Source: Actinoplanes philippinensis
GTDB lineage: Bacteria; Actinomycetota; Actinomycetes; Mycobacteriales; Micromonosporaceae
DNA: 24,000 nt
NCBI RefSeq assembly: GCF_900113015.1
Contig: NZ_FONV01000011.1
Location: 374,034-398,033, forward strand
Direction of reading: 5' to 3'
Shown: in pieces, positions 7,984 through 16,912 of the stretch
Position numbering within the stretch: the first letter of the stretch is position 1
Layout of the letters: each line of letters begins with the position of its first letter
The notes under the pieces: generated by a model
Told to the model about the DNA's origin: nothing
The model's database searches: none
Seen by the model: only the letters and a program-made list of their open reading frames with translations
Program-made: the position numbers and the translations under genes

Positions 7984-9792
7984 TCATGCGTCGGCGAGCC
8001 GCGCCTTCAGCGCGTCGAGCTCGGCCCAGAGCACGGCCGGGAGCTTGTCGCCGAATTTGGTGAACCACTCGGTGACCTGCGGGATCTCCGCCTGCCACTC
8101 GTCCGGGTCGACCCGGAGCGCCGCCGCCAGGTCGGCCGGGTCGATGTCCAGGCCGGTGGTGTCGAGCGCCTCCGGGGTGGGCACGTGCCCGATCGGGGTC
8201 TCGACGGCGTCGGCCTTGCCGTCGAGGCGTTCGCACACCCACTTGAGGACGCGGCTGTTCTCGCCGAACCCGGGCCACAGGAACCGGCCGTCGTCACCGC
8301 GGCGGAACCAGTTGACGTAGAACACCTTCGGCAGTTTGGCGGCGTCGCCGGACGCGCCCTTGGCCATGTCGATCCAGTGCTGGAAGTAGTCGCCGGCGTG
8401 GTAGCCGATGAACGGCAGCATCGCCATCGGGTCGCGGCGCACGACACCGACCTGGCCGACGGCGGCCGCGGTGGTCTCCGACGACAGGGTGGCGCCCAGG
8501 TAGACCCCGTGCACCCAGTCGCGGGCCTCGCTGACCAGCGGGATGGTGGTCTTGCGGCGGCCGCCGAACAGGATCGCGTCGATCGGGACGCCGCGCGGGT
8601 CGTGGTACTCGTCGGCGAGGATCGGGCACTGCTCGATCGGGGTGCAGAACCGGCTGTTCGGGTGGCTGGAGACGCCCTCGGACTTCGGGGTCCAGTCGTT
8701 GCCCTTCCAGTCGGTGAGGTGCGCGGGCGGCTCGCCCATGCCCTCCCACCAGATGTCGCCGTCGTCGGTGAGCGCCACGTTGGTGAAGACGGAGTTGCCC
8801 TTGGCCAGGGTGCGCATCGCGTTCGGGTTGGTGTGGAAGTCGGTGCCGGGCGCGACGCCGAACAGGCCGAACTCCGGGTTCGTGGCCCACAGCCGGCCGT
8901 CCTCGCCGAACCGCATCCAGGCGATGTCGTCACCGATGGTCTCGACCTTCCACCCGTCGAGAGTCGGCTCCAGCATCGCGAGGTTGGTCTTGCCGCACGC
9001 CGACGGGAACGCGCCGGCGATGTACCGGACCACACCCTCGGGCGAGGTCAGCTTCATGATCAGCATGTGCTCGGCGAGCCAGCCCTCGTCGCGCGCGGCC
9101 ACACTGGCGATCCGGAGCGCGAAGCACTTCTTGCCCAGCAGCGAGTTGCCCCCGTAACCCGAGCCGAACGACCAGATCTCCCGGGTCTCCGGGAAGTGCG
9201 AGATGTATTTCGTCTCGTTGCACGGCCAGGCGACGTCGCTCTGGCCGGGCTCCAGCGGTGCGCCGATCGAGTGCAGCGCCGGCACGAAGTCCGCGCCGGT
9301 CTCGTCCAGCGCCGCCAGGACCTCGGCCCCCATCCGGGTCATGATGCGCATGCTGGCCACCACGTACGGGCTGTCGGTGAGCTCCACGCCGAACATCGGC
9401 TCGGCCGCGTCGAGCGGACCCATGCAGAACGGGACGACATACATCGTGCGGCCCCGCATGCACCCCCGGTACAGCCCGGTCATCAGCTGCTTCATCTCGG
9501 CCGGGTCCATCCAGTTGTTGGTGGGACCGGCGTCCGCCTCGTCGACCGAGCAGATGAAGGTGCGTTCCTCGACACGCGCCACATCGGACGGGTCGGTGCG
9601 CGCCCAGAACGAGTTCGGCTTCTTCTTGTCGTCGAGTCGGACCAGGGCGCCGCTGTCGACGAGCTCGTCGGTGAGACGGGTCCACTCGGCCTCGGAACCG
9701 TCACACCAGACGATGCGGTCGGGTGTGGTCAGGGCGGCGACCTCGTCGATCCACGCGAGCAGCCGCGGGTGCGAGGTAGGGGGCTGAGTCAA
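7984..9792 (-). CDS. pckG: Phosphoenolpyruvate carboxykinase (GTP)
   Basis: 602-aa ORF that fits GTP-PEPCK along its full length. Motifs include [44 protein letters not shown] and [23 protein letters not shown]. The TTG start at 9792 is preceded by AAGGAG 8 nt upstream. Confidence 0.97.
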   Translation of the reverse strand: MTQPPTSHPRLLAWIDEVAALTTPDRIVWCDGSEAEWTRLTDELVDSGALVRLDDKKKPNSFWARTDPSDVARVEERTFICSVDEADAGPTNNWMDPAEMKQLMTGLYRGCMRGRTMYVVPFCMGPLDAAEPMFGVELTDSPYVVASMRIMTRMGAEVLAALDETGADFVPALHSIGAPLEPGQSDVAWPCNETKYISHFPETREIWSFGSGYGGNSLLGKKCFALRIASVAARDEGWLAEHMLIMKLTSPEGVVRYIAGAFPSACGKTNLAMLEPTLDGWKVETIGDDIAWMRFGEDGRLWATNPEFGLFGVAPGTDFHTNPNAMRTLAKGNSVFTNVALTDDGDIWWEGMGEPPAHLTDWKGNDWTPKSEGVSSHPNSRFCTPIEQCPILADEYHDPRGVPIDAILFGGRRKTTIPLVSEARDWVHGVYLGATLSSETTAAAVGQVGVVRRDPMAMLPFIGYHAGDYFQHWIDMAKGASGDAAKLPKVFYVNWFRRGDDGRFLWPGFGENSRVLKWVCERLDGKADAVETPIGHVPTPEALDTTGLDIDPADLAAALRVDPDEWQAEIPQVTEWFTKFGDKLPAVLWAELDALKARLADA

Positions 9793-10105
9793 GGTGAAGC
9801 TCCTTCGGTCGGCATTGACCTATGACTGACCAGCCGGGCAGATCCGGCTGTGTCATGGGGGAGTCACGTCAGCGTAAGCCCGACTGAGCATTGAGTTCAT
9901 CGGCAACACCTGTGGACAACCGCACAATCTTTGGCCACTTTGCGCACAGACGATCGATTCTTCGCCGCAAAGCGCAACTGCGCGCAAGTCGGCCGGTTCC
10001 GGCCTAGCCACACCGTCGCTCTCGACAACTTTCACAAAAAGGACTTATCGTCTTAGACTTTCGCCTAATCGGGCTTTCCTCGCAGTTCCGGCCACAGGAG
10101 GCGGA
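9793..10105. promoter_or_regulatory. Divergent promoter/leader region between pckG (-) and the ECF sigma gene (+)
   Basis: A 313-bp non-coding gap with visibly lower GC than its flanks. It contains hairpin CAGCCGG-GCAGAT-CCGGCTG (9831-9850) in the pckG leader and inverted CTTTGCG (9938-9944) / CGCAAAG (9966-9972) around a CGATCG centre. GCGCAA/TTGCGC hexamers occur at 9940-9945, 9972-9977 and 9982-9987. No promoter consensus could be assigned. Confidence 0.35.
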
Positions 10106-10870
10106 ATGACGATCCCGGGCGACGACGCGGACACGGACACCGGCTTGCTCGCCGCGGTCCGGGCCGGCGACACCGCCGCGTACGGGACGCTCTACGAGCG
10201 GCACCACGCGGCAGCCCGCAAGTTCGCCTTCGGACTCGTCCACGATCCCGCCGACGTCGACGACCTGGTGGCCGAGACGTTCGCCAAGGTGTTCGCGACG
10301 CTACGGGCCGGCCGGGGACCGCTCGTGGCGTTCCGCGCCTACCTGCACACCACCATGCGTCACCTCCGGTACCAGCGGGCGCGCCTGGACCGCCGGCTGG
10401 AGTTCACCGACGACCTGACCCGCTACGACGCGGGCGAGCCGTTCACCGACCCGGCCCTGGACCGGCTGGAGCGCACCTTCGCGGCGGCCGCCTTCCGGCA
10501 ACTGCCCGAGCGCTGGCGCGACGTGCTGTGGCAGACCGAGGTCGAGGGCACCACGCCGGCCGAGCTGGCGCCGCGGATGGGCCTCACGCCGAACGCGGTG
10601 GCCGTCCTCGCCCACCGCGCACGGGAGGGGCTGCGCAGCCTCTATCTCCAGCAGCACGTGGCCGCGGCCGATCACCCGGAGTGCCGATGGGCCGGCGAGC
10701 GGCTCGGCGGCCAGGTACGGGGACGGCTGGCGCCACGTGACGCGCATCGCATGCGAACCCATCTCGGATGGTGTTCGGACTGCCGGAACCGGCTCGCCGA
10801 GATCCGCGAGGTGGACGGTTTTCGTCACGCTCCGTACCGCCAGCGTCACCATGCCGAGACGTCCGGTTAA
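10106..10870 (+). CDS. ECF-type sigma-70 family sigma factor with fused C-terminal ZAS-like zinc-finger (anti-sigma N-domain-like) segment
   Basis: 254-aa ORF; ATG 10106 is preceded by AGGAGG. Region 2-like: DDLVAETFAKVFATL...FRAYLHTTMRH. Region 4 HTH: TPAELAPRMGLTPNAVAVLAHRAREGLR. This is followed in frame by C-x38-H-x3-C-x2-C (PECRW...THLGWCSDCRNRL), the zf-HC2 pattern. Confidence 0.85.
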   Translation: MTIPGDDADTDTGLLAAVRAGDTAAYGTLYERHHAAARKFAFGLVHDPADVDDLVAETFAKVFATLRAGRGPLVAFRAYLHTTMRHLRYQRARLDRRLEFTDDLTRYDAGEPFTDPALDRLERTFAAAAFRQLPERWRDVLWQTEVEGTTPAELAPRMGLTPNAVAVLAHRAREGLRSLYLQQHVAAADHPECRWAGERLGGQVRGRLAPRDAHRMRTHLGWCSDCRNRLAEIREVDGFRHAPYRQRHHAETSG

Positions 10871-11405
10871 GACCCGGCAACGAGGACAGCGATGGGTGAC
10901 CTGCGCCGGTACCCTCGGATCCGTGCCCCCCGAACCCACGCAGGCGATCACCCTGCGCACCCGGATCACGGGACTCGTCCGCGAGCTGGGCAAGTTCGGC
11001 ATCGTCGGCGGGATCGCCTTCACCGTCGACTTCGTGCTCTTCAACGTCCTGCTGCAGGCGGGACTGGAGACGCTGACCGCCAAGGCCGCCTCCACGATCG
11101 TGGCCACCACCGTCGCGTTCTTCGGCAACAGGTTCTGGACCTGGCGTGACGGTGCGCACACCAACATGGCACGGCAGTACTCGACGTTCTTCGTACTGAA
11201 CCTGATCGGCCTGGGTATCGCTCTGGCGTGTCTCGCGATCAGCCACTACGGCCTCGGGCAGATCTGGCCGCAACTGCAGAGCCCGCTCGCCGACAACATC
11301 GCCGGCGTCGGCGTCGGGACGGTACTCGGTACCATGTTCCGCTTCTGGTCCTACCGCCGTTTCGTCTTCCGGGTCACTGTCGCCCCGGCGTCAGTTTCAC
11401 AGTGA
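10851..11405 (+). CDS. GtrA family membrane protein (paralog 1)
   Basis: Part of ORF 10737..11405. The core is ELGKFGIVGGIAFTVDFVLFNVLL...FFGNRFWTWRD...FRFWSYRRFVF with 4 predicted TM helices, typical of GtrA-like proteins. ATG 10851 overlaps the sigma gene end by 20 nt. GTG 10896 (preceded by GAGGA) is an alternative start. Confidence 0.8.
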   Translation: MPRRPVKTRQRGQRWVTCAGTLGSVPPEPTQAITLRTRITGLVRELGKFGIVGGIAFTVDFVLFNVLLQAGLETLTAKAASTIVATTVAFFGNRFWTWRDGAHTNMARQYSTFFVLNLIGLGIALACLAISHYGLGQIWPQLQSPLADNIAGVGVGTVLGTMFRFWSYRRFVFRVTVAPASVSQ

Positions 11406-11442
11406 CTCGGCGTAATCGCCCCCGTTCCCGTAAGGTTGCCCA

Positions 11443-12000
11443 ATGCCCTCAGCCAGTCCGCTGACGGAACGCCTCCGCCGGCTCGCCCCCGAAGCCATCG
11501 CCTTCGGCATCATCGGCGCCGGTAACACGCTGCTGTATCTCGCGATCTACTGGGTGGCGATGCCGATCGGGCCGGTGAAGGCGAGCGTCCTCGCCACCGT
11601 GATCACCACCACCCTGGCGTACGTGGCGAACCGCTACTGGACCTACCGGCACCACACGCGTACCGCGCTGCGCCGGGAGTACACGCTGTTCTTCGGCTTC
11701 AACCTGGTCGGCATGGTCATCCAGTCCGGCATGACCTACCTCGGCAAGTACGGGTTCGGCCTCTCCGAGCACGACGACAAGTTCCTGCTGCTCGGCATGA
11801 CCACGGTCGGCATCGGCATCGCCACGGTCTTCCGCTTCTGGGCGTACCGGACGTTCGTCTTCCTGAAGCCGCCGGTCGACGGCCACGAGGGCGCCATCAC
11901 CGACATGGACGCGACCGCCGGGTTCGCCGAGCTGAGCGCGATCGACGAGCCGGGCAGCGTGGCTCACCTCGATCTGCGGCCGGAGCTCGACCCGCGCTGA
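11443..12000 (+). CDS. GtrA family membrane protein (paralog 2)
   Basis: 185-aa ORF with FGIIGAGNTLLYLAIYW...YVANRYWTYRH...FRFWAYRTFVF. The family signature matches the upstream paralog. The acidic C-terminal tail overlaps the convergent gene by 37 nt. Confidence 0.85.
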   Translation: MPSASPLTERLRRLAPEAIAFGIIGAGNTLLYLAIYWVAMPIGPVKASVLATVITTTLAYVANRYWTYRHHTRTALRREYTLFFGFNLVGMVIQSGMTYLGKYGFGLSEHDDKFLLLGMTTVGIGIATVFRFWAYRTFVFLKPPVDGHEGAITDMDATAGFAELSAIDEPGSVAHLDLRPELDPR

Positions 12001-12560
12001 GGCTCGGCCTCCGTCTCCTCCTCGCCCTCGTCCGGAGCCGGGGCCAGCTCGATCAGCTCGTAGAGGGTGTTCTGCACCAGCTGCGCGGCGGGCACCCCGG
12101 CCAGCACGGCACGCTGATCACCGATCGAGTCGATGGTGAGCGTGCCGCTGCCGAGCAGCCGGTCCAGCAGCGACTGGGTGAGGGCGTGATCGTTGACCCG
12201 GTTGAGCGGCAGGTCACGCCGCTCCCGGTCGACGATGCCCCGCTGCATGAGCAGCCGCTCGCCGGTCAGCACGTACTCGGTGCAGCGCCAGTCGAGCAGC
12301 GGGTACAACCCGTACCGGCCGCCGTAGTAGAGCATGATCGCGACGATCAGCAGCAGGCCGATCCGGCCGCCGTCGGTCGACGGGAGCAGCACCAGGCCCA
12401 TGATCAGGCCGGCCAGGGCCAGCAGCAGCACCACGACCGGCAGCACCACTGCCTTCCAGTGCGGACGCACATGGAGGACGATCTCCTCCTCGTCCGCCAG
12501 AACATCCTCCGGGAACGCCACGCCGTCAGCGTACGTGCAGCACATCCCCCGCCGAGACAC
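11964..12560 (-). CDS. Membrane protein with bacterial PH domain (bPH_2 / YdbS-YdbT-like)
   Basis: 198-aa ORF. GEEIVL-type entry (EEEIVLHVRPHWKAVV), two TM helices, then YVLTGERLLMQRGIVDRERRDLPLNRVNDHALTQSLLDRLLGSGTLTIDS. It sits next to birA, as the equivalent membrane protein does in mycobacteria. Start is uncertain (12560, ATG 12545 or GTG 12521). Confidence 0.8.
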   Translation of the reverse strand: MSRRGMCCTYADGVAFPEDVLADEEEIVLHVRPHWKAVVLPVVVLLLALAGLIMGLVLLPSTDGGRIGLLLIVAIMLYYGGRYGLYPLLDWRCTEYVLTGERLLMQRGIVDRERRDLPLNRVNDHALTQSLLDRLLGSGTLTIDSIGDQRAVLAGVPAAQLVQNTLYELIELAPAPDEGEEETEAEPQRGSSSGRRSR

Positions 12561-13347
12561 GGAATTCCGCGCCTTCCTCCGTACGGATCACCAATTGGCC
12601 GTCCCGATCAACGGACAGCGCCTCGCCGGACCGCTCCCCGCCACCCGGCAGCAGCACCCGCACCCGGCGGCCTATCGTCGCGCAATGCCGCTGGTAGGCG
12701 GCGAGCAGCCCGCACATCTCGGCGTCGCCGCCGGCCTCGCGCCACCCCTCATACCACCGGGCGGTGCCGCGCAGCAGCGCCCGCAGCAGCGGGCTGCGGT
12801 CCGGCTTGTCGGCGCCGGCCACGAGCAGCGAGGTGGCCGGCACGCCGGTGGTCTCCGGCAGCTCGTCGGCCCGGGTGCTGACGTTCAGGCCGACGCCGAT
12901 CACCACGGCGTCACCGGACACCTCGGCCAGGATCCCGGCGCACTTGCGCTCGTCCACCAGCAGATCGTTGGGCCACTTCAGGGTGGCCTCCACCTCGGCC
13001 ACCCGGGCCACCGCCTCGACCAGCGCCACCCCGGCCATCAGCGGCAGCCAGCCGAACGCGGACGCGGGCACTCCCGGCCCGGGACGCAGCAGCATGCTGA
13101 CGGTCAGACCGGCCCGCGGCGGCGACACCCACTGCCGGTCGCGGCGGCCACGGCCGGCGATCTGACTTTCGGCCACCACCACCAGGCCCTCCGGCTCACC
13201 GGCCGCGGCGGACGCCGCGGCGTCCGCGTTGGTCGAGCCGGTCTCCTCCCGCACCTCGATCCTCGACCACAGGCCACCGGGTACGACCAGAGCGCGGTTC
13301 AGCGCCCGTGCGGACAACGGCGGCCGGTCGAGCTCGGTGTAACCCAT
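12526..13347 (-). CDS. birA: Biotin--[acetyl-CoA-carboxylase] ligase (group I, no N-terminal HTH)
   Basis: 273-aa ORF. Biotin-binding motif: SQIAGRGRRDRQW. Also KWPNDLL and KCAGILAE. Adjacent to the acyl-CoA carboxylase beta subunit gene. Confidence 0.92.
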   Translation of the reverse strand: MGYTELDRPPLSARALNRALVVPGGLWSRIEVREETGSTNADAAASAAAGEPEGLVVVAESQIAGRGRRDRQWVSPPRAGLTVSMLLRPGPGVPASAFGWLPLMAGVALVEAVARVAEVEATLKWPNDLLVDERKCAGILAEVSGDAVVIGVGLNVSTRADELPETTGVPATSLLVAGADKPDRSPLLRALLRGTARWYEGWREAGGDAEMCGLLAAYQRHCATIGRRVRVLLPGGGERSGEALSVDRDGQLVIRTEEGAEFRVSAGDVLHVR

Positions 13348-13362
13348 CCCGGCAGCCTATCC

Positions 13363-14226
13363 TCAGTGCGGCCCCGCGCTGTGCCTGCTGATGTAGGGGC
13401 CGGACGGCCGGGGGCGCGGGCTCGGCCGCTCCTCGGGCTCCCCCGGTTCCACGTGCCGGGGCTGGACGTCCCGTTCCGCCCAGGACAGCGGCAGGCGTAC
13501 CCGCGGCTCCCGGGGCGGCCACTCCGGCGCGGGACCGATCGGTGCCACCGCCGGCAGGTCGAACCCGGTCGCCGGCTCGTAGTCGGGCACCGGCGGCAGC
13601 GGCGCGATCTCCGGGGGCTGGAAGAGCTCGTCCGGCAGCGGGGTCCAGTAGTCGCCGGGCTGCCCCCGGTCGGCGTCCAGGTCGGTGTAGCGGCCGGCGT
13701 AGCCACCCGGGTTCTCGATGTCGCGCCGCGCCCAGGCCGGACCGTCCGGCTCCGGCTCCCGGCGACGACGGCGGGGCGGCCATCCCTCGCTCTCGGGGTA
13801 GCCGGTGTTCTCGTAGCCGAGGCGCTCGTCGTCGTCGTACGGCGGGTCACCGGCATGCTCGTCGGCCGGCTCGTCGTCGTCGGCGAGCCCGATCGACGCC
13901 AGGCTGCTGTGGTTCGGCTCGCCGTCGGCGGGCCGCCCGCTGAAGGCGGCCGCCAGCCGCCGCCGGCGTTCGGGCCGGCGCTCCCCCTCGTCCGCGGCGG
14001 CGTCCACCGTGGCGGGCGGTCCGGGGACGGACCTCGCGACGGGTTCCGGGCGTCGGCGGCGAGAGGATGAGCCGGCACGGTTCGCCCGACGAGCGCCGCC
14101 ACCGAAGATCACGGTGCGGAAGCTGATCAGTGTGGCGAGGCCGCCTGCGATGAAGGCGAGCCCGGCCGCGGTCATCCAGTTCGTCACGCCGGTTGTAACG
14201 AATGGGGCATTGGGTATGAAACGCAC
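13363..14226 (-). CDS. Hypothetical membrane-anchored protein with long acidic/proline/arginine-rich disordered region
   Basis: 287-aa ORF. It has one N-terminal TM helix ([20 protein letters not shown]), followed by low-complexity D/E/P/R-rich sequence. Third-codon positions in this frame are almost all G/C, like the neighbouring genes, which supports coding. It ends 16 nt upstream of the birA start. ATG 14175 is an alternative start. Confidence 0.65.
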   Translation of the reverse strand: MRFIPNAPFVTTGVTNWMTAAGLAFIAGGLATLISFRTVIFGGGARRANRAGSSSRRRRPEPVARSVPGPPATVDAAADEGERRPERRRRLAAAFSGRPADGEPNHSSLASIGLADDDEPADEHAGDPPYDDDERLGYENTGYPESEGWPPRRRRREPEPDGPAWARRDIENPGGYAGRYTDLDADRGQPGDYWTPLPDELFQPPEIAPLPPVPDYEPATGFDLPAVAPIGPAPEWPPREPRVRLPLSWAERDVQPRHVEPGEPEERPSPRPRPSGPYISRHSAGPH

Positions 14227-14311
14227 GCGTAGCGACGCCCGCCGTGTGCGACGTGGCCCGGCTACGATGCTGATCGTTGCCTTAACGAGCGCTCAGAGGG
14301 TGGAGACCTTC

Positions 14312-15870
<1,559 letters not shown>

Positions 15871-15874
<4 letters not shown>

Positions 15875-16614
15875 AGGCTCAGCCCGCCCTCGGGCAGCCA
15901 CTGGCCGGCCAGCAGGAACGCGCCGGCGACCAGGGCGATCAGGTTCACGACGAGGAAGATGCCGACCCAGAACAGCGCCGGCAGGTGAGTCAGCCGGGCC
16001 AACTGGTCGGCGTCCGAATCGCGCATCCGGCCCCGGCCGCGCAGACTCTGCAGCTCGAAGACCGGGCGGACACCGCCGAAGAGCAGGAACCAGACACCGG
16101 CGTACGCGAAAGCCGCCTGCGTCTCCGGCTCCGCATACCAGGACACGGCGAACACGATCGCGCCGGTGACCAGCAGTGACACCACACCGAACAGGTTCCT
16201 GATGTTGATCAGCATGAGGAGCAGCAGCACCACGGCCAGCCACAGCAGCAGCGTGATCCGGTTGCCACCGAGCAGCCACGCGCCCAGCACACCCACCAGC
16301 GACGGCGCGATGTAGCCGCCGAGCAGCGTGAGGATCATGCCGAGCCCGGTCGGACGGCCGGCCGACAGGGTCAGGCCGGACGTGTCGAACTCGAGGCGGA
16401 TGCCCCGCAGCTTGCGCCCGGTCAGCAGGGCGATCAGCGCGTGCCCGCCCTCGTGGGCGATCGTGACGGCGTTGCGGGCCACCCGCCACACCGGCCGGAC
16501 CGCCACCGCGATAAACCCGGCCACCGCCGTGAGCAGCACCAGCATCCCGGGCGGGTCGGGCTGAGCACCCAACAGCTGGTCCCAGAGATCAGTCACACCG
16601 TCGATCGACAACAC
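15871..16614 (-). CDS. M50 family (M50B-type) membrane metallopeptidase
   Basis: C-terminal 247 aa of ORF 15871..16815. It has the HExxH motif in [20 protein letters not shown] and multiple TM helices. The N-terminus [20 protein letters not shown] is typical of this actinobacterial family. GTG 16614 is chosen as start; GTG 16596 is also possible. The upstream extension would overlap the small ORF. Confidence 0.85.
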
Positions 16615-16637
16615 GCCGGGGACTGTAGCCGATCCCG

Positions 16638-16856
16638 CTATGCGCGTCGCCTCACCACGGCCTTGACCGGCTCCGGCTCGCGGCGGCCCAGCGACCTCGC
16701 CGCATACACCCCACCGGCGACAGTCACCGCGAGCAGGGTCAGAACCAGCATCAACGCGAGCAGACCGGTGGACGCCACGATGATCGCGACATCCGCCGCC
16801 GCCACCAGCATCCACAGAGCGATCGTCGGCTTACTGCCGTGCCGTCGGCAGTTCAT
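16638..16856 (-). CDS. Small hypothetical membrane protein (72 aa, two predicted TM helices)
   Basis: ATG 16856 lies 4 nt downstream of a strong SD, GGAGGTG (complement of 16861-16867). The hydrophobic core is IALWMLVAAADVAIIVASTGLLALMLVLTLLAVTVAGGVY. It sits between the kinase and the M50 peptidase on the same strand. Confidence 0.55.
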   Translation of the reverse strand: MNCRRHGSKPTIALWMLVAAADVAIIVASTGLLALMLVLTLLAVTVAGGVYAARSLGRREPEPVKAVVRRRA

Positions 16857-16867
16857 GATGCACCTCC

Positions 16868-16903
16868 ATCCGTGATGCTGGATAACTACCCAGCATCACG
16901 GAT
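16868..16903 (-). terminator. Perfect 14-bp stem / 8-nt loop hairpin between the kinase stop and the SD of the small ORF (terminator, attenuator or palindromic operator)
   Basis: ATCCGTGATGCTGG (16868-16881), loop ATAACTAC, CCAGCATCACGGAT (16890-16903). It lies 9 nt after the kinase stop codon (16913-16915) and directly abuts the SD. There is no U-tract. Confidence 0.45.
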
Positions 16904-16912
16904 CTCACGCAC

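Noticed and set aside
7826-8278. N-terminal extensions of track ORFs: prenyltransferase to 8278, carboxylase beta subunit from 14009, M50 to 16815, rhomboid to 2530, and the 418-aa protein from 21445
   Set aside because: The extensions overlap neighbouring well-supported genes, have atypical Arg/Pro-rich composition and extend beyond the conserved family N-termini. Internal starts with plausible SD sequences fit better.
9853-10243. Small ORFs 9853..10035 (-) and 10004..10243 (-) in the pckG/sigma intergenic region
   Set aside because: There is no SD and the composition is poor (Cys/Arg-rich). One is antisense to the sigma factor start. The region is better explained as a divergent promoter.
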